Origin: Lentisphaeria bacterium
Lineage (GTDB): Bacteria; Verrucomicrobiota; Lentisphaeria; Victivallales; UBA1829
NCBI GenBank assembly: GCA_017503375.1
Contig: JAFVTF010000067.1
Span: 4,042-68,041, forward strand
Length of the DNA stretch: 64,000 bases
Direction of reading: 5' to 3'
Shown piece after piece: positions 20,156 to 28,157 of the stretch. Each line of letters starts with the position of its first letter. Positions within the stretch are counted from its first letter, which is position 1. The position numbers were made by a program, and so were the translations under genes. The notes under the pieces were generated by a model that had not been told where the DNA came from, made no database searches, and was given only the letters and a program-made list of their open reading frames with translations.

Positions 20156-20183
20156 ATTATAGCATGAATATTTTATTTGTCAA
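20156..20183 (-). promoter_or_regulatory. Sigma70-type promoter of the locus-2 regulator
   Basis: Minus strand reads TTGACA-16 nt-TATAAT. Confidence 0.6.
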
Positions 20184-20203
20184 GAAGGGAAAATAAAAAA
20201 ATC

Positions 20204-20256
20204 TCAAAAAAAAATGGCTCAGTTCCCAAACAAGGGCCCTTGATTGGGAACTGAGC
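20204..20256 (-). terminator. Rho-independent terminator (ancestral yggU terminator, now behind the inserted gene)
   Basis: 13-bp arms gctcagttcccaa / ttgggaactgagc around a GGGCCC-centred loop (20217-20256), followed on the minus strand by a run of 9 T. Confidence 0.8.
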
Positions 20257-20257
20257 T

Positions 20258-20365
20258 ATAAAAAAACGGAAAATCAAAGATTTTTATTGAGTTCCTGCTG
20301 CAATATTGGGATTGTCCGAACATGGCTGATTCCGCAGACTTTCACGACTTTTTTCCGGGATGTCT
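20258..20365 (-). pseudogene. Displaced duplicate of the yggU 3' end (direct repeat copy A)
   Basis: About 90% identical to 22171-22277 (about 10 mismatches and 1 indel by hand alignment). It still reads in frame as TSRKKVVKVCGISHVRTIPILQQELNKNL*, but has no upstream coding body. Confidence 0.75.
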
Positions 20366-20468
20366 TTGACAAACTGTTTGAATATATGCTTTCGCAATAA
20401 ATGAGTTCAAATTCAAGGCAACTCTTTTTATCCGATCAGTACAAGTGTAAAAACAATCACCGGAACAT

Positions 20469-22052
20469 TTACTTCATAATCAGCTCATCTTCCCAGCCGA
20501 TGAGATTGCCTTTTTCTGAATCAAAGTTCACTCCGATGATGTAGATTTCCCGTTTGTCAAGCAAATACTTTTTATAGTATTCTTTTTCCTTGATCTGTTC
20601 CAATGCTGTCGGATCGTTGTCGAGTTTGAATTCAAAGATGAATATAGCATCTTTGGTCTGCACCACAGCATCTATTCTGCCGTCATTGGTTGCTGATTCT
20701 GCTTCAATATACAATCCAAGCAAGCGGAATATGGAGAAAAAGATTGTCTGGAAAGTCGATTCCTGCTTCTTGTGTGAAGTATAAGGAATTCCGGCAAAGA
20801 ATACTTCCATTGCTTTGCGGAGTTTTTTCAAATCCTTATTCAACAAAGCCGTTGCTATTTCAGCAGTAAACTGCACTGACACAGTTTGAGTCTTGCCGGC
20901 ATAACTGTTCAGAATGTAGGCACTGAATGCTCCTGCGACCTCACGGTTGGGAAAATCCAGAAAATACCAGGTCTGTCCGAAACGTTCTTCGGTTCCTTTT
21001 ATTGTAATGTAGCCTGTTTGCAGCAGTAACGTCAACGGGTCGATATTATCGATTTCAAAGGCATTGAATGCAACTTGCGGTACAGCGTCTTTCAATGCTG
21101 TCTCGAAATTAAAATCTTTTTGCTTGGTCAGCTCCATCAAAAATGATGGTGTTCCGGTGGAAAACCAATAATTATTGAATTCTCCACCATTTTCAAAGAA
21201 GTACGCCAGAGACACGGGATTATAAACCGTTTTTGCATTTTTGTGGAATCGATAACCGTTGTACCAATTTTTGATTTCAGTTTTGTATACTTCTATATCC
21301 GTCTCTCCGGCAAGAGCCGCAATGCGGTCGTCGAAGTTTGCTTCCAACTCGTCCTGGGTATAACCAAACATCGTTGCATAACGGGCATCCATAGTGATAT
21401 CCGTCAGATTATTCAAATCAGAGAATAATGAAACATGACAAAACTTACTGACTCCGGTAATAAAAACAAAACGCAACATGCCGTTTTTTTCTTTTATCAC
21501 AGAGTAAAATGTCCTTAATGCTTCAAGGAAACGAGAACGTTTTTCTTGAGTTATATTGTTGAGAATAGGTTTGTCATACTCATCCAGCAGTATGACAACA
21601 TCACCATCTCTGTCATGTAATTTCTTTATCAAAACATGGAACATTGTATCAGAAGATGATACCTGCAGTTCTATATTATTGATGCTTGCCTGTTCAAGAA
21701 GCATTTGCTGAAAACGCTCTTCCATTTTTTCGAGAGTACTGAAATCCCGCCCATTCATATCCAAATGAATCACAGGATGTTTTTTCCAGTCATAAGGTTT
21801 GTCATAGATGGCAAGCCCTTTGAAAAGTTCTTTTTTGCCTTCAAAGAGTGCCTTCAGTGTAGACACGGTGAGAGACTTGCCAAAACGGCGCGGACGTGAC
21901 AAAAAATACATTCCCCGGGCAGGTCTTATCAACTGCCAAATGTATTCTGTCTTATCTACATACAGGAAATTTCCCTGTATCAGGTCTTCAAAATTGTAAA
22001 CACTGCTGGTAATATCTTTCATGGTATCTACTCCCGTTGCTGTAATATACAC
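20469..22052 (-). CDS. Predicted AAA-ATPase (N-terminal) fused to a PD-(D/E)XK nuclease-like domain (C-terminal)
   Basis: FEDLIQGNFLYVDKTEYIWQL...YFLSRPRRFGKSLTVSTLKALF is the hallmark opening of the 'predicted AAA-ATPase' family. C-terminal GRIDAVVQTKDAIFIFEFKLDN...ALEQIKEKEYYKKY is PD-(D/E)XK-like. Confidence 0.85.
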   Translation of the reverse strand: MYITATGVDTMKDITSSVYNFEDLIQGNFLYVDKTEYIWQLIRPARGMYFLSRPRRFGKSLTVSTLKALFEGKKELFKGLAIYDKPYDWKKHPVIHLDMNGRDFSTLEKMEERFQQMLLEQASINNIELQVSSSDTMFHVLIKKLHDRDGDVVILLDEYDKPILNNITQEKRSRFLEALRTFYSVIKEKNGMLRFVFITGVSKFCHVSLFSDLNNLTDITMDARYATMFGYTQDELEANFDDRIAALAGETDIEVYKTEIKNWYNGYRFHKNAKTVYNPVSLAYFFENGGEFNNYWFSTGTPSFLMELTKQKDFNFETALKDAVPQVAFNAFEIDNIDPLTLLLQTGYITIKGTEERFGQTWYFLDFPNREVAGAFSAYILNSYAGKTQTVSVQFTAEIATALLNKDLKKLRKAMEVFFAGIPYTSHKKQESTFQTIFFSIFRLLGLYIEAESATNDGRIDAVVQTKDAIFIFEFKLDNDPTALEQIKEKEYYKKYLLDKREIYIIGVNFDSEKGNLIGWEDELIMK

Positions 22053-22170
22053 CTCTGGAAATGCTTTTTCAATTGTTTGTTCCTGAAAAAACGCTTTTTA
22101 TTGAAGAGATGAGCCGAAACGGAATTGTTTTGAATAAAGCTCCGCTTTAGAGATGCTGGATACTTTGTTC

Positions 22171-22277
22171 ATAAAAAAACGGAAATCAAAGATTTTTATT
22201 GAGTTCCTGCTGCAATATTTGGATAGCCTGAGCATGGTTGATTCCGCAGACTTCCACGACTTTGTCCCGTGATGTCT
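22171..22277 (-). repeat. Direct repeat copy B (functional yggU 3' end plus 15 nt downstream)
   Basis: See copy A. The pair brackets an 1805-bp segment that carries only the AAA-ATPase/PD-(D/E)XK gene. Confidence 0.75.
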
Positions 22278-22509
22278 GTCCGGAATGAAGAGAGACTGAG
22301 GATTTTGATAAATCAAGAATATCTGCCAGAAAAGCACAGAGTGCCGCATTGGCTTTCCCGTCAACAGGCGGAGTGTTGAGAGAAATTTTAACAGCAGAAC
22401 CATGCATTCCGCGGATTCCCTGTTTTGAGGCTCGCGGTTGAACCCGGCAGGCAATCCGCACTATGCCGGGTTCAACTTGAGTAACTGCTGATTCTACAGA
22501 TTCAGCCAT
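22186..22509 (-). CDS. yggU: YggU/DUF167-family protein
   Basis: PRASKQGIRGMHGSAVKISLNTPPVDGKANAALCAFLADIL motif. ATG 22509 overlaps the ftsH TGA by 1 nt (TGATG). The ORF-track start at 22512 is a GTG. Confidence 0.8.
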   Translation of the reverse strand: MAESVESAVTQVEPGIVRIACRVQPRASKQGIRGMHGSAVKISLNTPPVDGKANAALCAFLADILDLSKSSVSLHSGQTSRDKVVEVCGINHAQAIQILQQELNKNL

Positions 22510-24566
22510 CACACACTTTCCGGTGGAATCGGTTCTGTTTCAGCAGGAATTTCTTCAGCCGGGATCTCTTTCACGAGTTCCTGTTTGGGCTGAGGCATAT
22601 CAAGCAGTTCATAAACCTGAGCTGCATCAAGGGTTTCTTTTTCCAGCAGAGCTTCTGCAAGTTTATCCAGCTTGTCACGGTGTTCCGTAAGAATATTCCG
22701 GGCGGAATCCATTGCTTCATCCACCAGTTTCTTGATTTCCAGGTCAATGATCCGTGCAGTTTCTTCACTGTATGCTTCACTGCGGGTGATGTCTCTGCCG
22801 AGATAAATATGATCGGACCGTTCTCCATACTGGATCGGACCGAGTTTGTCACTCATACCGAAAGCACAAACCATGGCACGGGCAACTTTTGTTGCGTGAG
22901 AAATATCAGCAGATGCACCGCTGGTGACATCCGTGAAAACGATCTCTTCCGCTGCGCGTCCGCCCATGTCGACTTTCATCAGATCTTTCATTTCCAGCAT
23001 ACTCTGGGAGTAACGGTCTTCTTCCGGAACCATCATTGTCAAACCGAGAGCCTGACCGCGGGGAATGATCGTGACTTTATGGAGCGGAACGGAATGTTCG
23101 CAGAAAATATTGACAATGGTATGTCCTGCTTCGTGCCATGCAGTGAGACGGCGTTCCCGTTCGGGGATCAGACGGCTCTTGCGTTCTCTGCCGAAACAGA
23201 CTTTGTCGCGTGCTTCTTCCAGGTCGTGCTGGTCTGCTGCTGTTTTGTTATAACGGGCAGCAAGGAGAGCCGCTTCATTGATCAGATTTGCGAGATCCGC
23301 ACCGGAGAATCCGGAGGTGGAACGGGCAACAGAATCCAGATCAACATCCGGAGCAAGTTTGATATTTTTTGCATGGACATCAAGAATCTTGCGGCGTCCG
23401 GCAATATCGGGATAGTCAATAACGATCTGGCGGTCGAAACGTCCGGGACGGAGCAGGGCAGGGTCAAGGACATCAGCTCTGTTTGTCGCAGCCAGAACGA
23501 TCACGCCTTCCTGTGTTTCCAGACCATCCATTTCCACAAGCATTGCGTTGAGGGTCTGTTCCCGTTCATCGTGGCCGCCGCCGATTCCGGAGAAACGGGA
23601 GCGTCCGACAGCATCGATTTCATCAATGAAAATCACGCAGGGAGCATGTTTTCTTGCCTGTTCAAACATATCGCGGACACGGCTTGCACCGACACCGACG
23701 AACATTTCCACGAAGTCGGAACCGCTGATGGCGAAGAATGCCACTCCGGCTTCTCCGGCAACAGCCTTTGCCATCAGAGTTTTCCCGGTTCCCGGCGGTC
23801 CGGTGAGCAGGGCTCCGCGGGGAATCTTGCCGCCGAGCAGTTTGAATTTCAGCGGATCTTTCAGATAATCCACGATTTCTTTGGTTTCTTCCTTTGCCTC
23901 ATCGCAACCTGCAACATCGTCAAAAGTCTTGCTGTTTTCGCCGGGCAGGATCATTCTGGCTCTGGATTTGCCGAAATCCGTTGCATTTTTTCCAGCCATC
24001 CGCATCTGCCGTGCAAAGAGAAAATAGAGCAGCCCGATGACAAGAATCCCGATCACAACGTTTCCGAGCAGGGATTTCCACCAGGAATCCCGTTCCAGAA
24101 TATTGGTTTCAACTTTCTGCAGACCTTCCATGACAGCCGGAGTTTTGATGACCCGGGTACGATAATAGTTCTTGGTCATTTTCAACTCTTCCGGAGTATC
24201 AGAACTTTTGGTTTCCCCGGTCAGGTCGGTACCGCGTTTCTTCGCAGGGACAGTAACCTTCTTATCACCTTCTGCTTTTTTATTATCAACGGGAGCTGCC
24301 AGTTCTGTTTTATCATAGACCCCTTCGATTTGAAGGACATCTTCCGTTTCGGGGAGAATGACGGCGGTCTTGATCCATCCTTTGCTCAGCCAGCTTTCAA
24401 ATTCTGACTGGGAAAGATCTTTGGAGTTTGCAAGAGAGGGCGTGAACTTGTAAATGAACAGAGTCACGATCATAACGAGAACGAGCAGCCAGATAAAAAC
24501 AGCTGCGGGCGGTCTCTTAGAGGGCATGCCTCCCTGTGGAGGCGGATTTTCCTGTTTGTTACTCAT
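22509..24566 (-). CDS. ftsH: ATP-dependent zinc metalloprotease FtsH
   Basis: N-terminal TM segments, Walker A GPPGTGKT, the AAA second region of homology, and the HEAGH zinc motif. Confidence 0.95.
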   Translation of the reverse strand: MSNKQENPPPQGGMPSKRPPAAVFIWLLVLVMIVTLFIYKFTPSLANSKDLSQSEFESWLSKGWIKTAVILPETEDVLQIEGVYDKTELAAPVDNKKAEGDKKVTVPAKKRGTDLTGETKSSDTPEELKMTKNYYRTRVIKTPAVMEGLQKVETNILERDSWWKSLLGNVVIGILVIGLLYFLFARQMRMAGKNATDFGKSRARMILPGENSKTFDDVAGCDEAKEETKEIVDYLKDPLKFKLLGGKIPRGALLTGPPGTGKTLMAKAVAGEAGVAFFAISGSDFVEMFVGVGASRVRDMFEQARKHAPCVIFIDEIDAVGRSRFSGIGGGHDEREQTLNAMLVEMDGLETQEGVIVLAATNRADVLDPALLRPGRFDRQIVIDYPDIAGRRKILDVHAKNIKLAPDVDLDSVARSTSGFSGADLANLINEAALLAARYNKTAADQHDLEEARDKVCFGRERKSRLIPERERRLTAWHEAGHTIVNIFCEHSVPLHKVTIIPRGQALGLTMMVPEEDRYSQSMLEMKDLMKVDMGGRAAEEIVFTDVTSGASADISHATKVARAMVCAFGMSDKLGPIQYGERSDHIYLGRDITRSEAYSEETARIIDLEIKKLVDEAMDSARNILTEHRDKLDKLAEALLEKETLDAAQVYELLDMPQPKQELVKEIPAEEIPAETEPIPPESV

Positions 24567-24633
24567 AAAAAAATATCCTGTTGCTGGCGGGGGAACGTCT
24601 GCTGAAAAAAATAATAACTGTTGTTTTTAATGA

Positions 24634-25140
24634 TTACAAAACGCGGCTGAAAACTACAATTCCGAGAACCAGAAGCGCGACAAGAAGTACACCAATGATT
24701 CCGACAAGGATGATACGTTCCTTTTTATCGGACGGGGAGGTTGAAACCGGAGCTGAACCGAGATTTACAGTGTCAAGATCAATATCTGTAATCGTGATAC
24801 CAGTGGAGGTCTTCTGAGTTGTGGTGGAACGGGAACCTTCCTTGTTATCGGCATCAAAGAGAACTTCGATTCCGCCAAACTGAATGATATCGCTGTTCAT
24901 CAGTTCCTGTTCAGAGACAGGAACATTATTGATACGGGTTCCGTTTGTGGAGTTATTATCGCGCACGATGAACGTTTCTCCGGAACGGATGATATCGCAG
25001 TGATGGGAAGAAAGAGAGGAATCTTTGATACAGATATCCCGCTCATCAGATCTTCCGACTGTATAAAAATCATTTGTAAGCTCGAACTGTTTTCCTCTGA
25101 ACTGAGAAGAAAGTACGATTAATTTTGGTGTACCTGCCAT
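24634..25140 (-). CDS. FHA-domain protein with a C-terminal transmembrane anchor
   Basis: YTVGRSDERDICIKDSSLSSHHCDIIRSGETFIVRDNNSTNGTRINN FHA signature. C-terminal IILVGIIGVLLVALLVLGIVVF. AAGGAG RBS. Confidence 0.8.
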   Translation of the reverse strand: MAGTPKLIVLSSQFRGKQFELTNDFYTVGRSDERDICIKDSSLSSHHCDIIRSGETFIVRDNNSTNGTRINNVPVSEQELMNSDIIQFGGIEVLFDADNKEGSRSTTTQKTSTGITITDIDLDTVNLGSAPVSTSPSDKKERIILVGIIGVLLVALLVLGIVVFSRVL

Positions 25141-25423
25141 AATACAAAACTCCTTAGATATGGCTGAATGCAGCTCATTCGCCGTTATTCGTTATTATAA
25201 TCGCTTTCACAGAAAGATAACACAATTCCTGAAAATTTCAATGTCAAAATTAATTAAAATTAAAAAAAAATACGGAAAATGCGCAGTATGGTCTCTTCCT
25301 TTACATGAAACAGCATTTTATTCTCTGCAAAATAGAAGTACCGTATACCGTAAAGTTTGATAATAAATGACGGATTTATCAACAAAAACAGTATGGTCAA
25401 ACAAGTACAGAGACAAAAGTTGT

Positions 25424-26218
25424 TTAACATTTAAGATGCTGTTCTTTGTATTTATTCGGAGATATACCATAGAATTTTTTGAAACGGTTGGAAAAATAAA
25501 AAACCGAACTGTAATTTAATTCAGCTGCAATTTCACTGATTGTCTTATTTTCTTTCAGAAGCAGCTCTTTTGCCTGGGCCATTTTCATCTGTTCTTTGTA
25601 TTTTCCGGGCGGTATACCGAAACTTTCTTTGAATTTAAAGAAAAAAGAAGATCTGGAAACGCCGCATCCTTTTGCAATTTCTTCAACATTTTTATCAAAC
25701 GGGAGATAAAAACTTTTCAATGTTACATCATCAGGTTCTGAACTCTTTTCCGAACAGGAAAGCATATTTCCATAAAGCAGGATTGTATGAACCAGACAAT
25801 ATGCGAGTTCATACCAGCCGGGTCGACGTATTGCACAAATCCTGCGCAGTTCGGAAAACAGATATTTCAACCGTTGGAAATCCTCCGGTTCAATCGCTGT
25901 TTTGAATACAAACGGAGTTAGCTTTGTCCATTTGACCGGTGCTGTGATATATGTTCCGAAATTGAAATGACACCATTCCGTTGACCATCGGGAAGACAAC
26001 GATGTAAAATATCTGTCAGGCCCGGGTTTGATCAGAACCATCTCACCTTTCTGCAGTTTTATATTCTGATCATCAATAGTCAGAACCACTTCTCCGCTTT
26101 CCAACAGAAGAATATTCCAATTTTCGCCATATCCATAGTGTGGTTTCCCGGAACGGAAAGAACTCTTTTGACAAAAAATCTCCCGCCCCGTAACGCTGCT
26201 GTAATGATTCTGTAGCAT
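25424..26218 (-). CDS. AraC-family transcriptional regulator
   Basis: C-terminal ISEIAAELNYSSVFYFSNRFKKFYGISPNKYK HTH. The start is moved to ATG 26218 (MLQNHY...). The ORF-track extension to 26395 runs through the divergent promoter and into the neighbouring gene. Confidence 0.8.
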   Translation of the reverse strand: MLQNHYSSVTGREIFCQKSSFRSGKPHYGYGENWNILLLESGEVVLTIDDQNIKLQKGEMVLIKPGPDRYFTSLSSRWSTEWCHFNFGTYITAPVKWTKLTPFVFKTAIEPEDFQRLKYLFSELRRICAIRRPGWYELAYCLVHTILLYGNMLSCSEKSSEPDDVTLKSFYLPFDKNVEEIAKGCGVSRSSFFFKFKESFGIPPGKYKEQMKMAQAKELLLKENKTISEIAAELNYSSVFYFSNRFKKFYGISPNKYKEQHLKC

Positions 26219-26234
26219 TTTTATTCTCCGTTTT

Positions 26235-26275
26235 TTTTGGACGATGTTATATATATTTTGGACTATATTATATAT
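26235..26275 (+). promoter_or_regulatory. Two 20-nt direct repeats at 21-bp spacing (candidate AraC-type half-sites)
   Basis: ttttggacgatgttatatat (26235-26254) and ttttggactatattatatat (26256-26275) match at 18/20 positions, just upstream of the -35 box. Confidence 0.5.
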
Positions 26276-26293
26276 TGTTTTGCAAAAAAAATA

Positions 26294-26322
26294 TTGATAT
26301 TTTTCCGGCAATGTATTATAAT
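26294..26322 (+). promoter_or_regulatory. Sigma70-type promoter of the ADP-ribosylglycohydrolase-family gene
   Basis: TTGATA-17 nt-TATAAT, about 45 nt upstream of ATG 26368, with an AGGAG RBS. Confidence 0.6.
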
Positions 26323-26367
26323 ATATCAGAGAAACGAATAAAAAACAAGTAGAAACAGGAGAAAAAA

Positions 26368-27858
26368 ATGCTTGATGTAAAAAAATTGAAGTCACAAATC
26401 ACGGGCTGCTGGCTGGGGAAAAATATCGGGGGAACATTGGGAGCTCCCTTTGAAGGAACGAAAGAGGTTCTGGATTTGACATTTTATACTCAGAAAGATC
26501 TTTATGGCAAACCCGTTCCGAATGATGACCTGGACTTGCAGATCGTTTGGCTGTCCCTGGTGGAATATTACGGTCTCTTCCGTTTGAACTCCCGTCTGAT
26601 GGGAGAATACTGGATGAATAATATCATTGGACCGTGGAATGAATATTCAATCTGCCGCAACAACTGTCAGAACGGATTTTATCCGCCCCTTTCCGGAAGC
26701 TGCAATAACGACCTGTGGAAATGGAGTAACGGAGCGTGGATACGCAGCGAACTCTGGGCATGTCTGTTTCCGGGTGACCCAGATTCAGCTTTGAAGTTTG
26801 CATGGCTTGATGCCTCTTGCGACCATTCCGGTGAAGGAATCTATGCAGAAATGTTTACTGTTGCGCTGGAATCCGCCGCTTTTGTTGAAAAAGATATCTG
26901 TCAACTGATACGGATCGGCTTGAGTAAAATTCCTGAAACTTCCCGTCTTTATGAATCTGTCAAACTTGTTTGCGATTGTTATGATTCAGGTTGTGATTGG
27001 AAAACAACACGGCAGAAAGTTGTGGAACTGAACAGCGATCTGGGATTTTTCCAGGCCCCCGGAAATGTTTCATTCGTGGTTATCGGGCTTTTGTACGGCG
27101 AAGGCGATTTTTCAAAGACGATTTGCACAGCAGTGAATTGCGGTGATGATGCAGACTGTACTGCCGCTGCCGCAGGGGCTATTATGGGAATCATTCTTGG
27201 GGAAGAAAACTTGCCGGAAGAATGGATCAAACCGATTGGCAGAAGTATCATTACGGTTGCGATCAGTCCTCATGGACTTCCGCAGCCGGTACCGAAGACC
27301 ATTGATGAAATGACTGCAAGAATTATGAAACAGCTGGAAATCATCCGGACGGAATATCCCTCCTTGAATGAACCTCCGGAAGATCTCTGTTCTCAAAAAG
27401 AAGCAGAACGGATATGGAATAAATCACCTTATGAACTCTGGTTCAATATTGACTGGGGAGAAGTCGGCGTGGAATATATAAACGGTCCCTGGATCTCTTC
27501 GGGAGAAGCATGTCAGATCAAATTGCATATACGGAATATGACTATGGCCAACTCTGAAGTCCGGTATCGCTGGAGAGTGCCGGAAGGCTGGAGTTCCTCT
27601 GCAAAAACCGGTGCAATGGGCGGCAGTCATTTCTGTGATACCGCCGTTGATACGGATCTGATTCCAGCCGGAGTGCCTGAAGAGCCGACTGTTGTGGTTG
27701 AACTGGAAATAACCTCCGGCGATCGCAGAATCCCGCAAATCATTTCCGTACCGATGCAATGGAAAAATACGGTTCACTATCCAAGACTCAAGCAGGACAA
27801 AGATTGTCCGAGACTCCCCCTTGTCTATGCCAGAGTAAAGGAAGTCAGAGATAAGTAA
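26368..27858 (+). CDS. ADP-ribosylglycohydrolase-family protein with an extra ~160-aa C-terminal domain
   Basis: GCWLGKNIGGTLGAPFEG opening and a GDDADCTAAAAGAIMG metal-site motif typical of the ARH fold. No signal peptide. Confidence 0.75.
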   Translation: MLDVKKLKSQITGCWLGKNIGGTLGAPFEGTKEVLDLTFYTQKDLYGKPVPNDDLDLQIVWLSLVEYYGLFRLNSRLMGEYWMNNIIGPWNEYSICRNNCQNGFYPPLSGSCNNDLWKWSNGAWIRSELWACLFPGDPDSALKFAWLDASCDHSGEGIYAEMFTVALESAAFVEKDICQLIRIGLSKIPETSRLYESVKLVCDCYDSGCDWKTTRQKVVELNSDLGFFQAPGNVSFVVIGLLYGEGDFSKTICTAVNCGDDADCTAAAAGAIMGIILGEENLPEEWIKPIGRSIITVAISPHGLPQPVPKTIDEMTARIMKQLEIIRTEYPSLNEPPEDLCSQKEAERIWNKSPYELWFNIDWGEVGVEYINGPWISSGEACQIKLHIRNMTMANSEVRYRWRVPEGWSSSAKTGAMGGSHFCDTAVDTDLIPAGVPEEPTVVVELEITSGDRRIPQIISVPMQWKNTVHYPRLKQDKDCPRLPLVYARVKEVRDK

Positions 27859-27964
27859 AAAGGGGCTGTTGCTCAAAAATTAATTTTTCATTGGTAACAG
27901 AGCCTCGAGAAAAATCAGTACGGTCGAACGTATATACCGCAGATATTTTCGGTACAGTACCCCC

Positions 27965-28111
27965 AACCCCAAGATGGCATTTTGATTTTTGCGTTGCAAA
28001 AATCGGAATGCCGCAAAAAGGTTTGAAAAAGGATGATAGGGTTCGGGGAAGAAGGAAAAAACTTTCCTTAAAAGTTTTTCCCTTCTTCCCCGATTACAAA
28101 TCAACCTTTAT
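27965..28111 (+). repeat. Copy 2 of the ~150-nt two-hairpin intergenic repeat
   Basis: About 90% identical to 6166-6316. Hairpin 1 is 27976-28012 and hairpin 2 is 28045-28091. It also lies between convergent genes. Confidence 0.8.
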
Positions 28112-28157
28112 CAGGTACCTGTTGCCTGAATTTTTTAACGATTCAGAATAACAGGGA

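Noticed and set aside
20469-22052. The AAA-ATPase/PD-(D/E)XK gene as a stand-alone anti-phage defence system
   Set aside because: This fusion family is widespread and of unknown role. No partner genes (methylase, helicase, toxin, sensor) lie within the repeat-bounded insert. Only the insertion geometry is reported as a finding.
22680-24407. 575-aa ORF on the + strand, antisense to ftsH
   Set aside because: It lies entirely inside and opposite a high-confidence conserved gene. The translation is low-complexity (rich in F/C/S/G), with no RBS and no recognisable motif. It looks like a codon-bias shadow ORF.
26219-26395. N-terminal extension of the AraC ORF (MTSIFLHQ...IYNIVQNIYNIVQKKRRIK)
   Set aside because: It runs through the divergent promoter and overlaps the start of the ARH gene. 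The repeated peptide is just the translation of the 21-bp DNA direct repeats. An ATG at 26218 gives a normal-length AraC protein.
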